From an uncultured Gammaproteobacteria bacterium (GTDB lineage: Bacteria; Patescibacteriota; Patescibacteriia; SG8-24): a DNA stretch of 64,000 nucleotides. The stretch lies in the NCBI GenBank assembly GCA_964491475.1, contig CAZBFO010000002.1:277841-341840 (forward strand), read 5' to 3'. The notes beneath the pieces were generated by a model. That model searched no databases. It saw only the letters and a list, made by a program, of their open reading frames with translations, and was not told the DNA's origin. Within the stretch, counting starts at the first letter, position 1, and every line of letters starts with the position of its first letter. Positions 27,547-38,850 of the stretch are shown here, one piece after another. A program made the translations under genes and the position numbers.

Positions 27547-28561
27547 ATGTCGCGCAGCTGGCTTCGAGCGCGGGTTCGCGGACGGCAGTCGCGGACCCGT
27601 ATCCGGCCAAGTACTCGTCCATTACGGCATGCAGTTCGGGCAGCGTGGAAATTTTCATCATCTTGTCGCGGAGCGCCTTGGCGCCGGGCTGGCCCTTGAA
27701 GTACCAGGTGAGGTGCTTGCGGAAGCTGACCAGCTGGCCGCCGTACAGCTCGGCGTGCAAGATGCCGTGGTCGCGGACCGTGGCGATGCGCTCGGTCATG
27801 GTCGGCGCGACGATCGGTTTGCCGGCCAGCGCGGCTTCGATCTGCGGGAAGATCCAGGGGTTGCCCAGCGCGCCGCGGGCGATGAGCAGGCCGTCGCAGC
27901 CGGACTCGGCCAGCGCCTTGGGCGCCAGGTCGGCGGTATGCACGTCGCCATTGCACAGCACCGGAACGGACACGTTGGCGGCGGCGCGTCCGACCATCTT
28001 CCAGTCGGCGACGCCGGAGTAGCCTTGCGCCTTGGTGCGGCCGTGGATGGTGACCAGCGCTGCGCCGGCGTCCTCGATGACCTTGATGAACTCCAGGCAT
28101 TCCGTCGGATCGGACCAGCCGAGGCGGATCTTCACGGACACCGGCTTGTCGGTGGCGGCCTTCATCGCCTTGATGATGGCCGTGGCCAGCACGGGGTCTT
28201 TCATCAGCGCGGCGCCGTTGAAGTTGGAGACGATCTTGTAGACGGGGCAGCCCATGTTGATGTCGAAGCCGTCGGGGGAGTAGGCCTCGTCGATCATGCG
28301 GGTGGCTTCGGCCATCGAGGCGGGATCGGCGCCGAACAGCTGCTGCACGATCGGCCGCTCTTCCTCGACGAACCGGCCCATTTCCATCGACTTCTGGCTG
28401 CCGTGCACAAGCCCTTCGGCGGAGATCATCTCGCGGAAAACGATCGGCGCGGCGTAGCGCTTGGCGATGCGGCAAAAAGCCGAGTCGGTCATGTCGGCCA
28501 TGGGGGAGAGCGCGATGATCGGTTTTCGCATTTGAGACCAGTCAAACATAGCTCGCAGCAT
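27545..28561 (-). CDS. dus: tRNA-dihydrouridine synthase (Dus family, FMN TIM barrel)
   Basis: IIALSPMADMTDSAFCRIAKRY...DINMGCPVYKIV...VKIRLGW matches Dus. Start chosen at MLRAMFDW; an ATG 30 nt further downstream is equally possible. The ORF extends back to 28660. Confidence 0.8.
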   Translation of the reverse strand: MLRAMFDWSQMRKPIIALSPMADMTDSAFCRIAKRYAAPIVFREMISAEGLVHGSQKSMEMGRFVEEERPIVQQLFGADPASMAEATRMIDEAYSPDGFDINMGCPVYKIVSNFNGAALMKDPVLATAIIKAMKAATDKPVSVKIRLGWSDPTECLEFIKVIEDAGAALVTIHGRTKAQGYSGVADWKMVGRAAANVSVPVLCNGDVHTADLAPKALAESGCDGLLIARGALGNPWIFPQIEAALAGKPIVAPTMTERIATVRDHGILHAELYGGQLVSFRKHLTWYFKGQPGAKALRDKMMKISTLPELHAVMDEYLAGYGSATAVREPALEASCAT

Positions 28562-28665
28562 AGCGGAAAAACGGCTCCATGGCAAGAGGGGAGCGTGTCG
28601 GTTGTTTCGCCTTCCTAAATAAACTGAAGTCTGATAGGATAGCCCTGTTCTCCCTCGCAATCATT

Positions 28666-30348
28666 ATGAAAATCACCCGCAAAAAAATCATTTGGACGGC
28701 GGTCATTATCGCTGCAGTCGGCGGCATAGGTTTTTTGGCCACGCGAAAGCCGACCATCAAGTACGAGACGGAGAAGATCGTCCGCGGCGCCGTGGTCGAA
28801 GAGGTCTCCGTCACCGGCTCGCTGGCACCGACGCACAAGATCGAGCTCCAGCCCGAAGTCACCGGCAAGATCACCAAACTCAACGTCGATTCCGGGGCGG
28901 TCGTCAAGGAAGGCGACGTCCTGGCCGAGCTGGACTCGCGTGACGTGCAGTCCAAGATCGCCTCGCAGCGCGCCGCGCTCGATTCCGCCCGCGCCCGCCT
29001 GGCCGAACTTTCCGCCGGCGCGACCGCGCAGGAGCTCGCCGTGGCCCAGACGGCCGTCGACACCGCCAAGTCCAAGCTGGACTCGGCCGTTTCCGCCAAG
29101 GCCGATGCGCAGACCGCGCTCGACAACGCCAAGGCCAAGTCCGACACGCAATCGGCCGCAAAGCTGCAAGCCTTGCTGCTCGACTACGACAAGGCGGTGG
29201 TCGACGCCAAGGACGCCGTCGTCCGCCTGACCGGTCCGATGTTCACCACCGACAACCTGCTGACCTTCAGCACCACCAGCTCGATTCCCGAAACCAACGC
29301 CCGCAATTCCCGCGCTCTCGCCAAGGACAAGGCCGATCAGCTCGCGGCTACCGTCGCTTCGGTGAAAGCCGTCGGGAGCGTCGGCGCGGCGCTCGGCGCC
29401 TACGCCGGCATCACCGCTAACCTTAACGTCATCAAATCGCATCTCGAGGATTGCCGCGAAGTGCTCAACTACACCAACGGCCTGTCGTCGCAGACGCTCG
29501 CCGACTACCGCGCCAGCGTCAGCACCGGCCTGACGACGCTTTCGGCGACCATCACGCTGCTCGACGGCGACCGTTCCAGCCTCGACCTGCAGGCCCGTCA
29601 GAGCGACAGCGACATCAGCGCCGCCCAGTCGCAGCTGAATGCCGCCGCCTTTGCCGCCGACACCGCCAACAAGGGCTTGGCCCAGGCGCAGGCCGACCTG
29701 ACCCTCAAGAAGACCGGCAACCGCCCCGAAGTCATCGCCAGCCAGCGCGCCGAAGTCGAAGTGCAGGACGCCGCGCTCACCGGACTGCTGACCGACCTGT
29801 CCAAACGACGCATCGTCGCGCCCATCGACGGCATCGTCACCGACGTGCCGGTGGAGATCGGCGAGACCGTCGCGCCGGGCAAGACGGCCATCAGCATGCA
29901 GACCAAGGGCAACTTCCAGATCACCACCAACGTGTCCGAAATCGACATCGGCCGAGTGAAGGTCGGCGATCCCGTCGGCATCACCCTCGACGCGTTCCCC
30001 AAGACCGAGAAGTGGACCGGCAAGGTCATCAAGATCGATCCGGCCGAGAAGGTCGTCGAGGGGGTCATCTTCTACGAGACCACCATCGTCTTCGACAGCG
30101 AGGACGCGCGCCTGCGCTCCGGCATGACCGCCAACCTGACCATCGAGACCAACCGCAAGGAGGACGCCCTGCGCGTGCCTTTGCGCGGCTTGCATGACAC
30201 CGGCACCAAGACCACCGTCAACGTGCTGCGCGGCGGCAAGTCCGAGACCGTCGACGTGACCGTCGGTCTGCAGAACAACACCCATGCCGAGCTGCTCACC
30301 GGCCTGCAGGAAGGTGACGAGGTCATCGTCGGGCAGTCGACCAAGTAG
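28666..30348 (+). CDS. Efflux-transporter periplasmic adaptor (HlyD/MacA-like membrane fusion protein) with a long coiled-coil
   Basis: N-terminal TM helix, an alpha-helical hairpin rich in AQ/AK repeats, and a C-terminal beta-barrel/lipoyl-like region (RIVAPIDGIVTDVPVEIGETVAPGKTAI). Confidence 0.8.
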   Translation: MKITRKKIIWTAVIIAAVGGIGFLATRKPTIKYETEKIVRGAVVEEVSVTGSLAPTHKIELQPEVTGKITKLNVDSGAVVKEGDVLAELDSRDVQSKIASQRAALDSARARLAELSAGATAQELAVAQTAVDTAKSKLDSAVSAKADAQTALDNAKAKSDTQSAAKLQALLLDYDKAVVDAKDAVVRLTGPMFTTDNLLTFSTTSSIPETNARNSRALAKDKADQLAATVASVKAVGSVGAALGAYAGITANLNVIKSHLEDCREVLNYTNGLSSQTLADYRASVSTGLTTLSATITLLDGDRSSLDLQARQSDSDISAAQSQLNAAAFAADTANKGLAQAQADLTLKKTGNRPEVIASQRAEVEVQDAALTGLLTDLSKRRIVAPIDGIVTDVPVEIGETVAPGKTAISMQTKGNFQITTNVSEIDIGRVKVGDPVGITLDAFPKTEKWTGKVIKIDPAEKVVEGVIFYETTIVFDSEDARLRSGMTANLTIETNRKEDALRVPLRGLHDTGTKTTVNVLRGGKSETVDVTVGLQNNTHAELLTGLQEGDEVIVGQSTK

Positions 30349-30358
30349 CGTCACCGCC

Positions 30359-31033
<675 letters not shown>

Positions 31034-31035
31034 CC

Positions 31036-32283
31036 ATGCCGCAGATTTTCGCCGACGTGAAATACTCGCTGCACGCGCTTGCGGCCGCCAAGAGCCGCAC
31101 GATCTTGACGATGCTCGGCATCATCATCGGAGTGATGTCGGTGCTGGCGGTGTCGTCGGTAGGGCAGTCGGCGCAGCAGCTCATCTTGGGGCAGGTCACC
31201 TCGCTCGGCACCAACCTCGTGGGCGTGCTGCCGGGCGCCAGCCAGGAAAACGGCCCGCCGCCCATCGCCTTCGGCATCGTCACCAAGACGCTGACCCGCG
31301 AGGACGTCGCGGCCATCGGCCAGATTCCCGACGTCGTCGCCGCCTCGTCGTACGTGCGCGATTCCGACGCCGTTTCCAATCGCGAGAACTCCGTCACCAC
31401 CACCATCCAGGGCGTCGACGAGACGTATCCGAACGTCGAGAATTTCTCGTTGGCCGAGGGCGACAGGGGCGGCCGGTTCTTCGGCGCGCAGGACCTGGCG
31501 TCGTTCGCCCGCGTGACCGTGCTGGGCCATACCGTGGCGCAGAAGCTGTTCGGCGACGCCAATCCCGTGGGGCAGAACGTACGGGTCAAGGACATCGCCT
31601 TCGAGGTCGTGGGCGTGGCCGCCAAGCGCGGCTCGGCCGCTTTCCAGGATCAGGACGATCAGATATTCGTGCCGGCCACGACGGCACAGCGCCTGCTGCT
31701 GGGCATCGACTACGTCACCTTCGCGCGCCTCAAGGTGGACGACGCCGGCCACATCGACGCGGTCAAGCAGGACATCAAGCGCCTGCTGCTCCGCCGTCAT
31801 CACATCAACGACCCCGACAGGGCCGACTTCGGCGTGCGCAGCACGGACACGGCCATCAGCATCCTCGGCGGCGTCACCGGCGCCATCAAGGGGTTCCTGC
31901 TGGCGGTCACGGCCATCTCGCTGCTGGTCGGCGGCATCAACATCATGAACATCATGTACGTGGCCGTGCGCGAGCGCACCCGCGAGATCGGCCTGCGGAA
32001 GGCGCTCGGCGCCCGCCGCAGCCGCATCCTGTCGCAGTTCCTGATCGAAAGCGCCGTGGTCTCGGTGCTCGGCGGGATGCTCGGCGTGCTCTTGGGCGTC
32101 GGCGTCATCGGCCTGGTTGCCCTGGCGGTGCGGCATGCGGGCTATTCCTGGCAGTTCATCCTGCCCGTCTCCGGGCTGCTCGCCTCGTTGGGCATCTCGG
32201 TGGGCATCGGCCTGGTCTTCGGGATGGCTCCGGCCGTTTCCGCCTCGCGCCTCGAGGCCATCGAGGCGCTCCGCTACGAATAG
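31036..32283 (+). CDS. ABC transporter permease, FtsX/MacB-type (copy 1)
   Basis: An N-terminal TM helix, a large periplasmic domain and a C-terminal FtsX four-TM bundle (ISLLVGGINIMNIMYVAVRERTREIGLRKALGA). Confidence 0.85.
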   Translation: MPQIFADVKYSLHALAAAKSRTILTMLGIIIGVMSVLAVSSVGQSAQQLILGQVTSLGTNLVGVLPGASQENGPPPIAFGIVTKTLTREDVAAIGQIPDVVAASSYVRDSDAVSNRENSVTTTIQGVDETYPNVENFSLAEGDRGGRFFGAQDLASFARVTVLGHTVAQKLFGDANPVGQNVRVKDIAFEVVGVAAKRGSAAFQDQDDQIFVPATTAQRLLLGIDYVTFARLKVDDAGHIDAVKQDIKRLLLRRHHINDPDRADFGVRSTDTAISILGGVTGAIKGFLLAVTAISLLVGGINIMNIMYVAVRERTREIGLRKALGARRSRILSQFLIESAVVSVLGGMLGVLLGVGVIGLVALAVRHAGYSWQFILPVSGLLASLGISVGIGLVFGMAPAVSASRLEAIEALRYE

Positions 32284-32286
32284 CCT

Positions 32287-33540
32287 ATGAAACTCTGGGA
32301 CTCCTTCAAGACAGCATCTCGTAACATGCGCCGGAGCAAGCTCCGGACCGCCTTGTCGCTGCTCGGCATGGTGGTCGGCGTGTTCGCCGTGACGCTGATC
32401 GTCTCGCTGGGCCTGGGACTGAAGGGGTACGTGGTCGGGCAGATTTCGCAGTTCGGCACGGACTTCCTGGCCATCCATGCGATCGTCCCCGGCGTCGGCC
32501 AGCGCGGTTCCATCGGCACCGGCACCATCGGCGTGCCGGCCACGTCTTTGCGCAACGACGACCTGGCGCTGCTGAACGACGCCTCGACCTTCCCGTACCT
32601 GACTGCCGCCGTCGGCATGCGCACCGCCTACGAAGTGGCGTCGAACGGCAACAAGGACCTGCGTATCTTCGTGAACGGCACCAATGCCGCCTATCCGACC
32701 GTCGATCCCCAGACGGTCGCGGAGAACGGCCGGTTCTTCAACGACGACGAGGACCGATCGCTGGCTTCGGTCATCGTGCTCGGCAAGACCGTGGCCTCGC
32801 GGCTGTTCGGCGATGCCGACCCCGTCGGCGAAAAGGTCCGCGTGAAGGACGTCAGCCTCACGGTCGTCGGCGTGCTCAAGAAGCGCGGCTCGTTCGGACC
32901 GTTCGACCTGGACCAAATGGTGTTCGTGCCGCTGGGCGTGGTCGAGAAGCGCATCGCCCACGTCGACTACCTGCAGGAGATCGACCTGAAAGTGAAGGAC
33001 CAGTCGTACCTGCCGGCTGCCGTCGACGACATCACCCGCGTGCTGCGCCGCCGCCACGGCATCTCCGATCCCGGCAAGGACGACTTCCAGGTGACCACCG
33101 CCACCGACGTGCTCGAACAGGTGAACACCGTGACCACGGCCATCACCTGGCTGCTCGGTTTCCTCGCCGCCATCTCGCTGCTGGTCGGCGGCATCGGCAT
33201 CATGAACATCATGCTGGTATCGGTGACCGAGCGCATCCGCGAAGTCGGCCTGCGCAAGGCAGTCGGCGCCAGGCGCGGCGACATCATGACCCAGTTCCTG
33301 GCCGAGTCGGTGCTGCTGACCTTCGTCGGCGGCATCACCGGCGGACTTCTGGCGATGCTGGCCACCGTCGGCCTGGTTGCGGCGGCGCGTCATGTGGGCC
33401 TGTCGGTACCCTATGTCGTCTCGCTTCCGGCTTTCGTCATCGCGGCGGTCGTGTCCGCGGCCATCGGCATCGTCTTCGGCATCTACCCCGCGCGAAAGGC
33501 CGCCGGCCTCGATCCGATCGTGGCGCTGCGTTTCGAATAG
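32287..33540 (+). CDS. ABC transporter permease, FtsX/MacB-type (copy 2)
   Basis: Paralogous to the previous permease (ISLLVGGIGIMNIMLVSVTERIREVGLRKAVGA). Confidence 0.85.
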   Translation: MKLWDSFKTASRNMRRSKLRTALSLLGMVVGVFAVTLIVSLGLGLKGYVVGQISQFGTDFLAIHAIVPGVGQRGSIGTGTIGVPATSLRNDDLALLNDASTFPYLTAAVGMRTAYEVASNGNKDLRIFVNGTNAAYPTVDPQTVAENGRFFNDDEDRSLASVIVLGKTVASRLFGDADPVGEKVRVKDVSLTVVGVLKKRGSFGPFDLDQMVFVPLGVVEKRIAHVDYLQEIDLKVKDQSYLPAAVDDITRVLRRRHGISDPGKDDFQVTTATDVLEQVNTVTTAITWLLGFLAAISLLVGGIGIMNIMLVSVTERIREVGLRKAVGARRGDIMTQFLAESVLLTFVGGITGGLLAMLATVGLVAAARHVGLSVPYVVSLPAFVIAAVVSAAIGIVFGIYPARKAAGLDPIVALRFE

Positions 33541-33589
33541 CGGACATGCTACACTGCGTCAGTCAGAAACATTCCTTGCGCCTATTTCC

Positions 33590-34057
33590 ATGAAGTCATT
33601 TTCGCGTCATTTCCTTGCATCTGCGGTCGGACTGCTGGCTTCGGCACTGTTGATCGCCGCCCCTGCTTTCGCCGAAGCGCCACCCATTCAGGAACTCGAC
33701 GGTTCTTCTCCCGCGCCGGCTCTTTCCGCAGGCGGCGAGAAGCTCTTGGCCGACGCCGCGTCCAAAGTCGGCCCCGCCGCCGCGTACCCCGTCGACTACG
33801 TCAATTTCGTCCGGAACGTCCTGCTTATCGCCACCATCTTCCTGACCATGCATTACATCGGCAGCGCTGCCCCTGCCAAGAAAAAGAAACGCGGGAGCGA
33901 AACCAAAAGGGGCGGCACAGGCAAATGGCTGTTATTGGCTGCCGCCGGCCTGCTGCTTACCCAGGCGCTCTCCTTTTACCTCTACGATCAGGAAACCGGA
34001 CCCCCAGGCAGGATGCACAAGTCGGTGCCGTTCGGTCATGAATACTTCGTCTATTAG
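33590..34057 (+). CDS. Small secreted/membrane hypothetical protein
   Basis: Signal peptide MKSFSRHFLASAVGLLASALLIAAPAFA, followed by two hydrophobic segments and a KKKKRG patch. Confidence 0.45.
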   Translation: MKSFSRHFLASAVGLLASALLIAAPAFAEAPPIQELDGSSPAPALSAGGEKLLADAASKVGPAAAYPVDYVNFVRNVLLIATIFLTMHYIGSAAPAKKKKRGSETKRGGTGKWLLLAAAGLLLTQALSFYLYDQETGPPGRMHKSVPFGHEYFVY

Positions 34058-34144
34058 GCGCGGGCCGGACCCTTCCCAAAAGCCGAAAATCTGCTAGGGT
34101 GCATCCGTTAGGAGCCGCATTAGCGGCGGAGGTGGCTTAGCCAT

Positions 34145-35617
34145 ATGTTTTTCAAGAAGCCGACCGTGACGCGCTTAGCGCAAGACCGGATCAGCGCCAG
34201 CATGTTCTACAAGTACGACGCCTGTCCGCATTGGCTGTATTTTGACGCCTACGGCGATCCGTCCAAGAAGGCGTCGGTGACGCAGTTCACGGAGATGCTG
34301 CTCAAGGGCGGCGTGCTGCACGAGCAGGAGGTCATCAAGGACATGCAGTGCGTGCAGCCCAAGGGCGACACGCAGGAAGAGCGGTTCTCGGCCACGCTGC
34401 AGCTCATGCGCGACGGCGCGGCCTGCATCTACCACGGCGTGCTGATGGACGACGAGTTCGTGGGCGAGCCGGACCTGCTGGAGCGACGCGACGGCTCGGC
34501 CGGTTCGACCTTCGGCAGCTACCATTACGTGCCCGTGGAGATCAAGAGCGCCGAACGCGTTTCCGACGCGCACAAGTACCAGTTGTACTGTTATGGCGAA
34601 CTGCTGGAACGGCTGCAGGGCACGCGGCCCGAGGAAGCCTACGTGCTGAACGGCTCGGGCCTGCGCATCGGTTTCATGCTGCGCGAGTTCCGCGAGCAGT
34701 TCGCCGCCGCCGTCGAGGACATCCGCAAGACTTTGGCCGGCGATCCTCCGCCGCCGCACGTGGCCTCGAGCTGCAAGCAGTCGCCATGGTTCAAGGAGTG
34801 CCTGGCCTTCGCCGAGAAGCAGGACGACATCGCCCTGCTGTACAACGTGAAGAAGAAGGTGGTGGCGGCGCTGCGCGAACACGGCGTCAGGACCGTCCAG
34901 GACGCCGCCAAGATCGAGCCGAACCGGCTCGCCAAGGAAGACAAGCTGTTCAAGCCGGCGCTGCTGGAGCGCATCGTGCTGCAGGCCCGGGCGCTGATCG
35001 AAAAGCGCCACTTCGTCCGCAAGCCGCTCGACATTCCCGAAGCGCCCCTGGAAATCTTCTTCGACATCGAAGGCGATCCGCTGCGGCAGGTGGAATACCT
35101 GTTCGGCTTCCTGGTGCGCCGCCAAGGACAGGAGGAAAAGTACGAGTACCAGATTGCCGAACGCGCCGAGGACGAAGCCAAGATGTGGAACGAGTTCCTG
35201 ACGTGGGTGAGCGCGCTCGAAGGGGATTACGTGGTGTACCACTACGGCACCTATGAGCTGACGAGGCTCATCCAGCTGGAGGCGCGTCACGGTTGCCCGG
35301 CAGGGCAGGCCGCGGCGCTCAATCTGTTCCGCGACCGGTTGGTGGACCTGAACGAGCTGGTGAAGGACGCGGTGGTGTTTCCGCTGTACTTCTACAGCAT
35401 CAAGGACATCGGCAAGTACATCGGCTTCACCCGAGAGGGCGCCATCGTCGGGGGCGGGGAGTCGGTGGCGGTCTACGAGGACTGGCTGGCCAACGGCGAC
35501 CGCAAAAAGCTCGACGACATCATCCTCTACAACAAGGAGGACGTGATCGCCACGCGCTACCTCAAGGACTGGCTGGTACTGGAACGCGACCGCGAAAAGG
35601 CCGATCGGGCCCTGTAA
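34145..35617 (+). CDS. TM0106-family putative nuclease (RecB/Cas4-like PD-(D/E)xK domain plus a C-terminal RNase H-like domain)
   Basis: N-terminal YKYDACPHWLYFD...EPDLLERRDG...YVPVEIKS (PD-(D/E)xK) and C-terminal FFDIEGDP...YHYGTYE (RNase H-like exonuclease). Confidence 0.75.
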   Translation: MFFKKPTVTRLAQDRISASMFYKYDACPHWLYFDAYGDPSKKASVTQFTEMLLKGGVLHEQEVIKDMQCVQPKGDTQEERFSATLQLMRDGAACIYHGVLMDDEFVGEPDLLERRDGSAGSTFGSYHYVPVEIKSAERVSDAHKYQLYCYGELLERLQGTRPEEAYVLNGSGLRIGFMLREFREQFAAAVEDIRKTLAGDPPPPHVASSCKQSPWFKECLAFAEKQDDIALLYNVKKKVVAALREHGVRTVQDAAKIEPNRLAKEDKLFKPALLERIVLQARALIEKRHFVRKPLDIPEAPLEIFFDIEGDPLRQVEYLFGFLVRRQGQEEKYEYQIAERAEDEAKMWNEFLTWVSALEGDYVVYHYGTYELTRLIQLEARHGCPAGQAAALNLFRDRLVDLNELVKDAVVFPLYFYSIKDIGKYIGFTREGAIVGGGESVAVYEDWLANGDRKKLDDIILYNKEDVIATRYLKDWLVLERDREKADRAL

Positions 35618-35643
35618 ACGCTCGGATTTTCCGGGCGTTTTTC
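35617..35643 (+). terminator. Rho-independent terminator
   Basis: AACGCTCGG-ATTTT-CCGGGCGTT followed by TTTTC. Confidence 0.5.
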
Positions 35644-35667
35644 AGTCGTGGCATTGGCTTTGGCCCG

Positions 35668-35676
35668 TGCTATACT
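35668..35676 (+). promoter_or_regulatory. Extended -10 element TGCTATACT for pgi, with a short leader or leaderless
   Basis: The ATG at 35686 is 10 nt downstream. The element follows the upstream terminator. Confidence 0.45.
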
Positions 35677-35685
35677 GTCCCCGTT

Positions 35686-37017
35686 ATGCCCACACCATCA
35701 CGCATCGGTTACGACCACGCCAACATGTGGAGCTCGGCGGCAGAGAGCGGTTCCGCCGATGTCCGTCGCGAAGCGATCCTGCACCCGCTCGAAGGCGTGA
35801 AGCAGAAGCTCGAAGCCGACTGGGCTTCGGGACGCGCGGGATTTTTCACGATTCCTGACCTGAAGAAAGATCTGGCGGCGACCAAAAAGCTTGCCGTCGC
35901 CGTCGCCAAGGAGTTCCGCGACTTGGTGGTCATCGGCATCGGCGGTTCGGACCTGGGCGCGCGGGCGCTGCTGCGCGCGCTGCAAAAGGACGGGAAGGGG
36001 ATGCGGGTGCATTTCATCGGCGCCAACACCGACCCCGACGAGATCGAGGCGCTGCTCGCGCGCATCGACCTGCGCAAGACCGCGCTGAACGTCATTTCCA
36101 AGTCGGGCGACACCATCGAGCCGATGAGCGCCTTCCTGCTGCTCCGCGACCTGCTCATCAAGAAGGTGGGGCACAAGAAGCACGCGCGGCATGTCGTCGC
36201 CACCACTGACGCGAAGAACGGCACCATGCGGCAGATCGCCGACCGCGAGGGGTACCGCACGCTGCCCGTGCCGGGCAACATCGGCGGGAGGTTCTCGGCG
36301 CTGACTACGGTGGGCCTGTTTCCCGCCGCCTGCGCAGGCATCGACGTTTCCGCGTTGGTGGCCGGCGCCGCCGCGGAGCGCTCCGCCTTCGACAGGGCCA
36401 AGGCAGACGACTACGGGCCGCTGCTTTTTGCCGCGCTGCAGTACGACGCCAACGAAGATGGCGGCCGGAACATCAACGTCCTGATGCCTTACGCCGACGG
36501 CCTCAAGGAACTCGGCGCCTGGTTCCGCCAGCTGTGGGCCGAGAGCCTCGGCAAAAAGCTCGACCGGCGCGGGCAAATCGTGCACCGCGGCATGACGCCG
36601 GTAGCCGCGTTGGGCGCCACCGACCAGCACTCGCAGGTGCAGCTGTACGTCGAAGGTCCGGCCGACAAGACCGTCACCTTCATCGAAGTGAAGAAGTTCG
36701 CCTCGAAGCTGAAAGTGCCGAACCCGTATCCCGACATCGAGGGCGTGGCCTACATGGCAGGGCATTCCTTCGAGAAGATCATCCATGCCGAGCGCGCCGC
36801 GACGGCGCATGCCCTCGCTCGCAACGGGCGCCCCAACGGCACCATCTTCATTCCGTCCGTCGATGCCAAAACGGTGGGCGGCCTGATGTTTTTCTTCATG
36901 ATCGCCACCGCCGCCGCCGCCGAGCTGCTCGACGTGAACGCCTATGACCAGCCGGGCGTGGAGGGGGGCAAAAAGGCCATGTACGCCATGCTCGGCCGCA
37001 AAGGGTATTCGCTGTAA
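35686..37017 (+). CDS. pgi: Glucose-6-phosphate isomerase
   Basis: SIS-domain motifs VVIGIGGSDLGARAL and ISKSGDTIEP. An extended -10 lies 10 nt upstream of the ATG. Confidence 0.9.
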   Translation: MPTPSRIGYDHANMWSSAAESGSADVRREAILHPLEGVKQKLEADWASGRAGFFTIPDLKKDLAATKKLAVAVAKEFRDLVVIGIGGSDLGARALLRALQKDGKGMRVHFIGANTDPDEIEALLARIDLRKTALNVISKSGDTIEPMSAFLLLRDLLIKKVGHKKHARHVVATTDAKNGTMRQIADREGYRTLPVPGNIGGRFSALTTVGLFPAACAGIDVSALVAGAAAERSAFDRAKADDYGPLLFAALQYDANEDGGRNINVLMPYADGLKELGAWFRQLWAESLGKKLDRRGQIVHRGMTPVAALGATDQHSQVQLYVEGPADKTVTFIEVKKFASKLKVPNPYPDIEGVAYMAGHSFEKIIHAERAATAHALARNGRPNGTIFIPSVDAKTVGGLMFFFMIATAAAAELLDVNAYDQPGVEGGKKAMYAMLGRKGYSL

Positions 37018-37055
37018 GCCCAAAGATGGTACACTTTGAACACCACTTATCTTCT

Positions 37056-37823
37056 ATGCATAAACGTACCTCGCCGCACTTCATGACCGCCGCTGCCGCC
37101 GTCTTGCTGCTTATCGGCGCAGGCTGTTCTTCTCCCGGAAAACAGGTGGCTTTGACCGCCGGACAGGCCAACGACCAGTCCGCAATCACCGCGCCGGATG
37201 CCGACAGCATCCGCATGAACGCAGAGCAGTTTGAGGCCGACCAGAAAGCCCCGCCGAACAAGACCGACAGCGCCGGCAATGCCCAGGCGCCCGAACCCCC
37301 GCCCGCACCGGCGACACCCGCTAAGACACCCGATGAACCGAAAAAGACCATGACCCCCCGCACGTTCCCCGGACTTCTTCCTTCGGCCGAGATTCACGGC
37401 AAGCAGATTCGCCTCGAGACCACCAAGGGCACCATCGTGTTCGAGCTGTATGACGGCGACGCGCCCCTGACCGTGTCCAATTTCGTCGCGCTCACCAAGA
37501 GCGGCTTCTACGACGGGCTGACCTTTCACCGTGTCGTCCCCGGTTTCGTGATTCAGGGCGGCGACCCGCTCGGCAACGGCACCGGCGGGCCCGGCTATAA
37601 GTTCCAGGATGAGCCCGTTCACCGCGACTACGACCAGGGCATCGTGGCCATGGCCAATTCCGGACCCAACACCAACGGCAGCCAGTTCTTCATCATGCTC
37701 GAGAAAAATCCGCTTCCCAAGCAGTACACCATCTTCGGCAAGGTGACTTCCGGCATGGACGCGGTCCACAAGATCATCGTTGGCGACAAGATGACCAAAG
37801 TGACCGTCGAGGAAAAGAAGTAG
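37056..37823 (+). CDS. Peptidyl-prolyl cis-trans isomerase, cyclophilin type, as a lipoprotein
   Basis: LLLIGAGC lipobox, and a cyclophilin core (FHRVVPGFVIQGGDP...GYKFQDE...NSGPNTNGSQFFI). Confidence 0.9.
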   Translation: MHKRTSPHFMTAAAAVLLLIGAGCSSPGKQVALTAGQANDQSAITAPDADSIRMNAEQFEADQKAPPNKTDSAGNAQAPEPPPAPATPAKTPDEPKKTMTPRTFPGLLPSAEIHGKQIRLETTKGTIVFELYDGDAPLTVSNFVALTKSGFYDGLTFHRVVPGFVIQGGDPLGNGTGGPGYKFQDEPVHRDYDQGIVAMANSGPNTNGSQFFIMLEKNPLPKQYTIFGKVTSGMDAVHKIIVGDKMTKVTVEEKK

Positions 37824-37866
37824 GAAGGAAACCAGGAGGAAAGGGTACGTCCGAAATCGCGTTCGT

Positions 37867-38829
37867 ATGGAACCACCGCTCCCGCCACTTCATCCGCTGT
37901 TGCCGCAGCTGCTGGACCACCTGCAGCTGCGCGTGGTGGATGCCATCAAATGGAACGTGCTCGCCTGCGTCGAGGCCGACGATCCCGGCACTGACCCGAC
38001 GCTCATTTTGAAGTTCGGCAGCGACGATCGGAAGACCGACAGCATCAATTACGAAGTACGGATGATGCGCGACGTGCTTCCGACCATCGATCAGAGCATG
38101 TTCGAGCGGCTGGTGCTGCCGGAGTTCGTGAAGGACGGCATCCAGGGCGGAGTGCGCTGGATGCTGATTCGGCATGTGGCCGGCAAGCCGCTTGTACACC
38201 AGTGGTCCGAATTGACCCTCAAGCCCGAGACGCTCGGCGGCAAGGGCATCGAACCGGAGGGGGGCAAGCTCGCGGTCGACGTCCTTCGCGACCTGCGCCT
38301 GGTGGAAATCGCCGAGCTGCCTAAGTTCGTCCGCCGCTTCAACTTCGCTTCTTGGCTGGAGGCTTTTGAGGTGCAGGGCAAGGAACTGGTTCGCCGCGGC
38401 CTGATGGAGCAGGTGACGCTTGATGACGCCCACAAGCTGTTTTCCACCAAGGAAGCCCAGCGTTACGAGGGTTCGATGTTCACCAACGGCGATTTTTATC
38501 CCCGCAACTTCATCCTGCTGCCGCACGGGAAGGTGGCCGTGGCTGACTGGGTCGGCGGCATCGATCCGTGGGAATTCGTGGCCATGCACGCCTGGCTGCT
38601 GATGTGGGGCAATCCCGCCTGGCAGCAGACCTATTTGCGCGAAATCAACAAGCACTTTCCCGTTGACGTGGGCGAGATGCAGGTCGGCCTGCTGGTGAAA
38701 TCGTTCGACGTCATCTGGCGCTGGCGGGACATGCCCGAGGAGCAGGTCGGTTTTGCACGCACGCAGATGATCGCCTACTTCAAGCAGTGCATCGATCCCG
38801 AATACGTGGGCAAGATTTTCGAACTGTAA
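37867..38829 (+). CDS. Phosphotransferase-family protein (APH/choline-kinase-like kinase fold)
   Basis: Brenner-like catalytic loop FTNGDFYPRNFIL and a DW/DPWE-type motif VADWVGGIDPWEF. Confidence 0.6.
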   Translation: MEPPLPPLHPLLPQLLDHLQLRVVDAIKWNVLACVEADDPGTDPTLILKFGSDDRKTDSINYEVRMMRDVLPTIDQSMFERLVLPEFVKDGIQGGVRWMLIRHVAGKPLVHQWSELTLKPETLGGKGIEPEGGKLAVDVLRDLRLVEIAELPKFVRRFNFASWLEAFEVQGKELVRRGLMEQVTLDDAHKLFSTKEAQRYEGSMFTNGDFYPRNFILLPHGKVAVADWVGGIDPWEFVAMHAWLLMWGNPAWQQTYLREINKHFPVDVGEMQVGLLVKSFDVIWRWRDMPEEQVGFARTQMIAYFKQCIDPEYVGKIFEL

Positions 38830-38850
38830 CGCCCGTGCTTGGACGGGAAG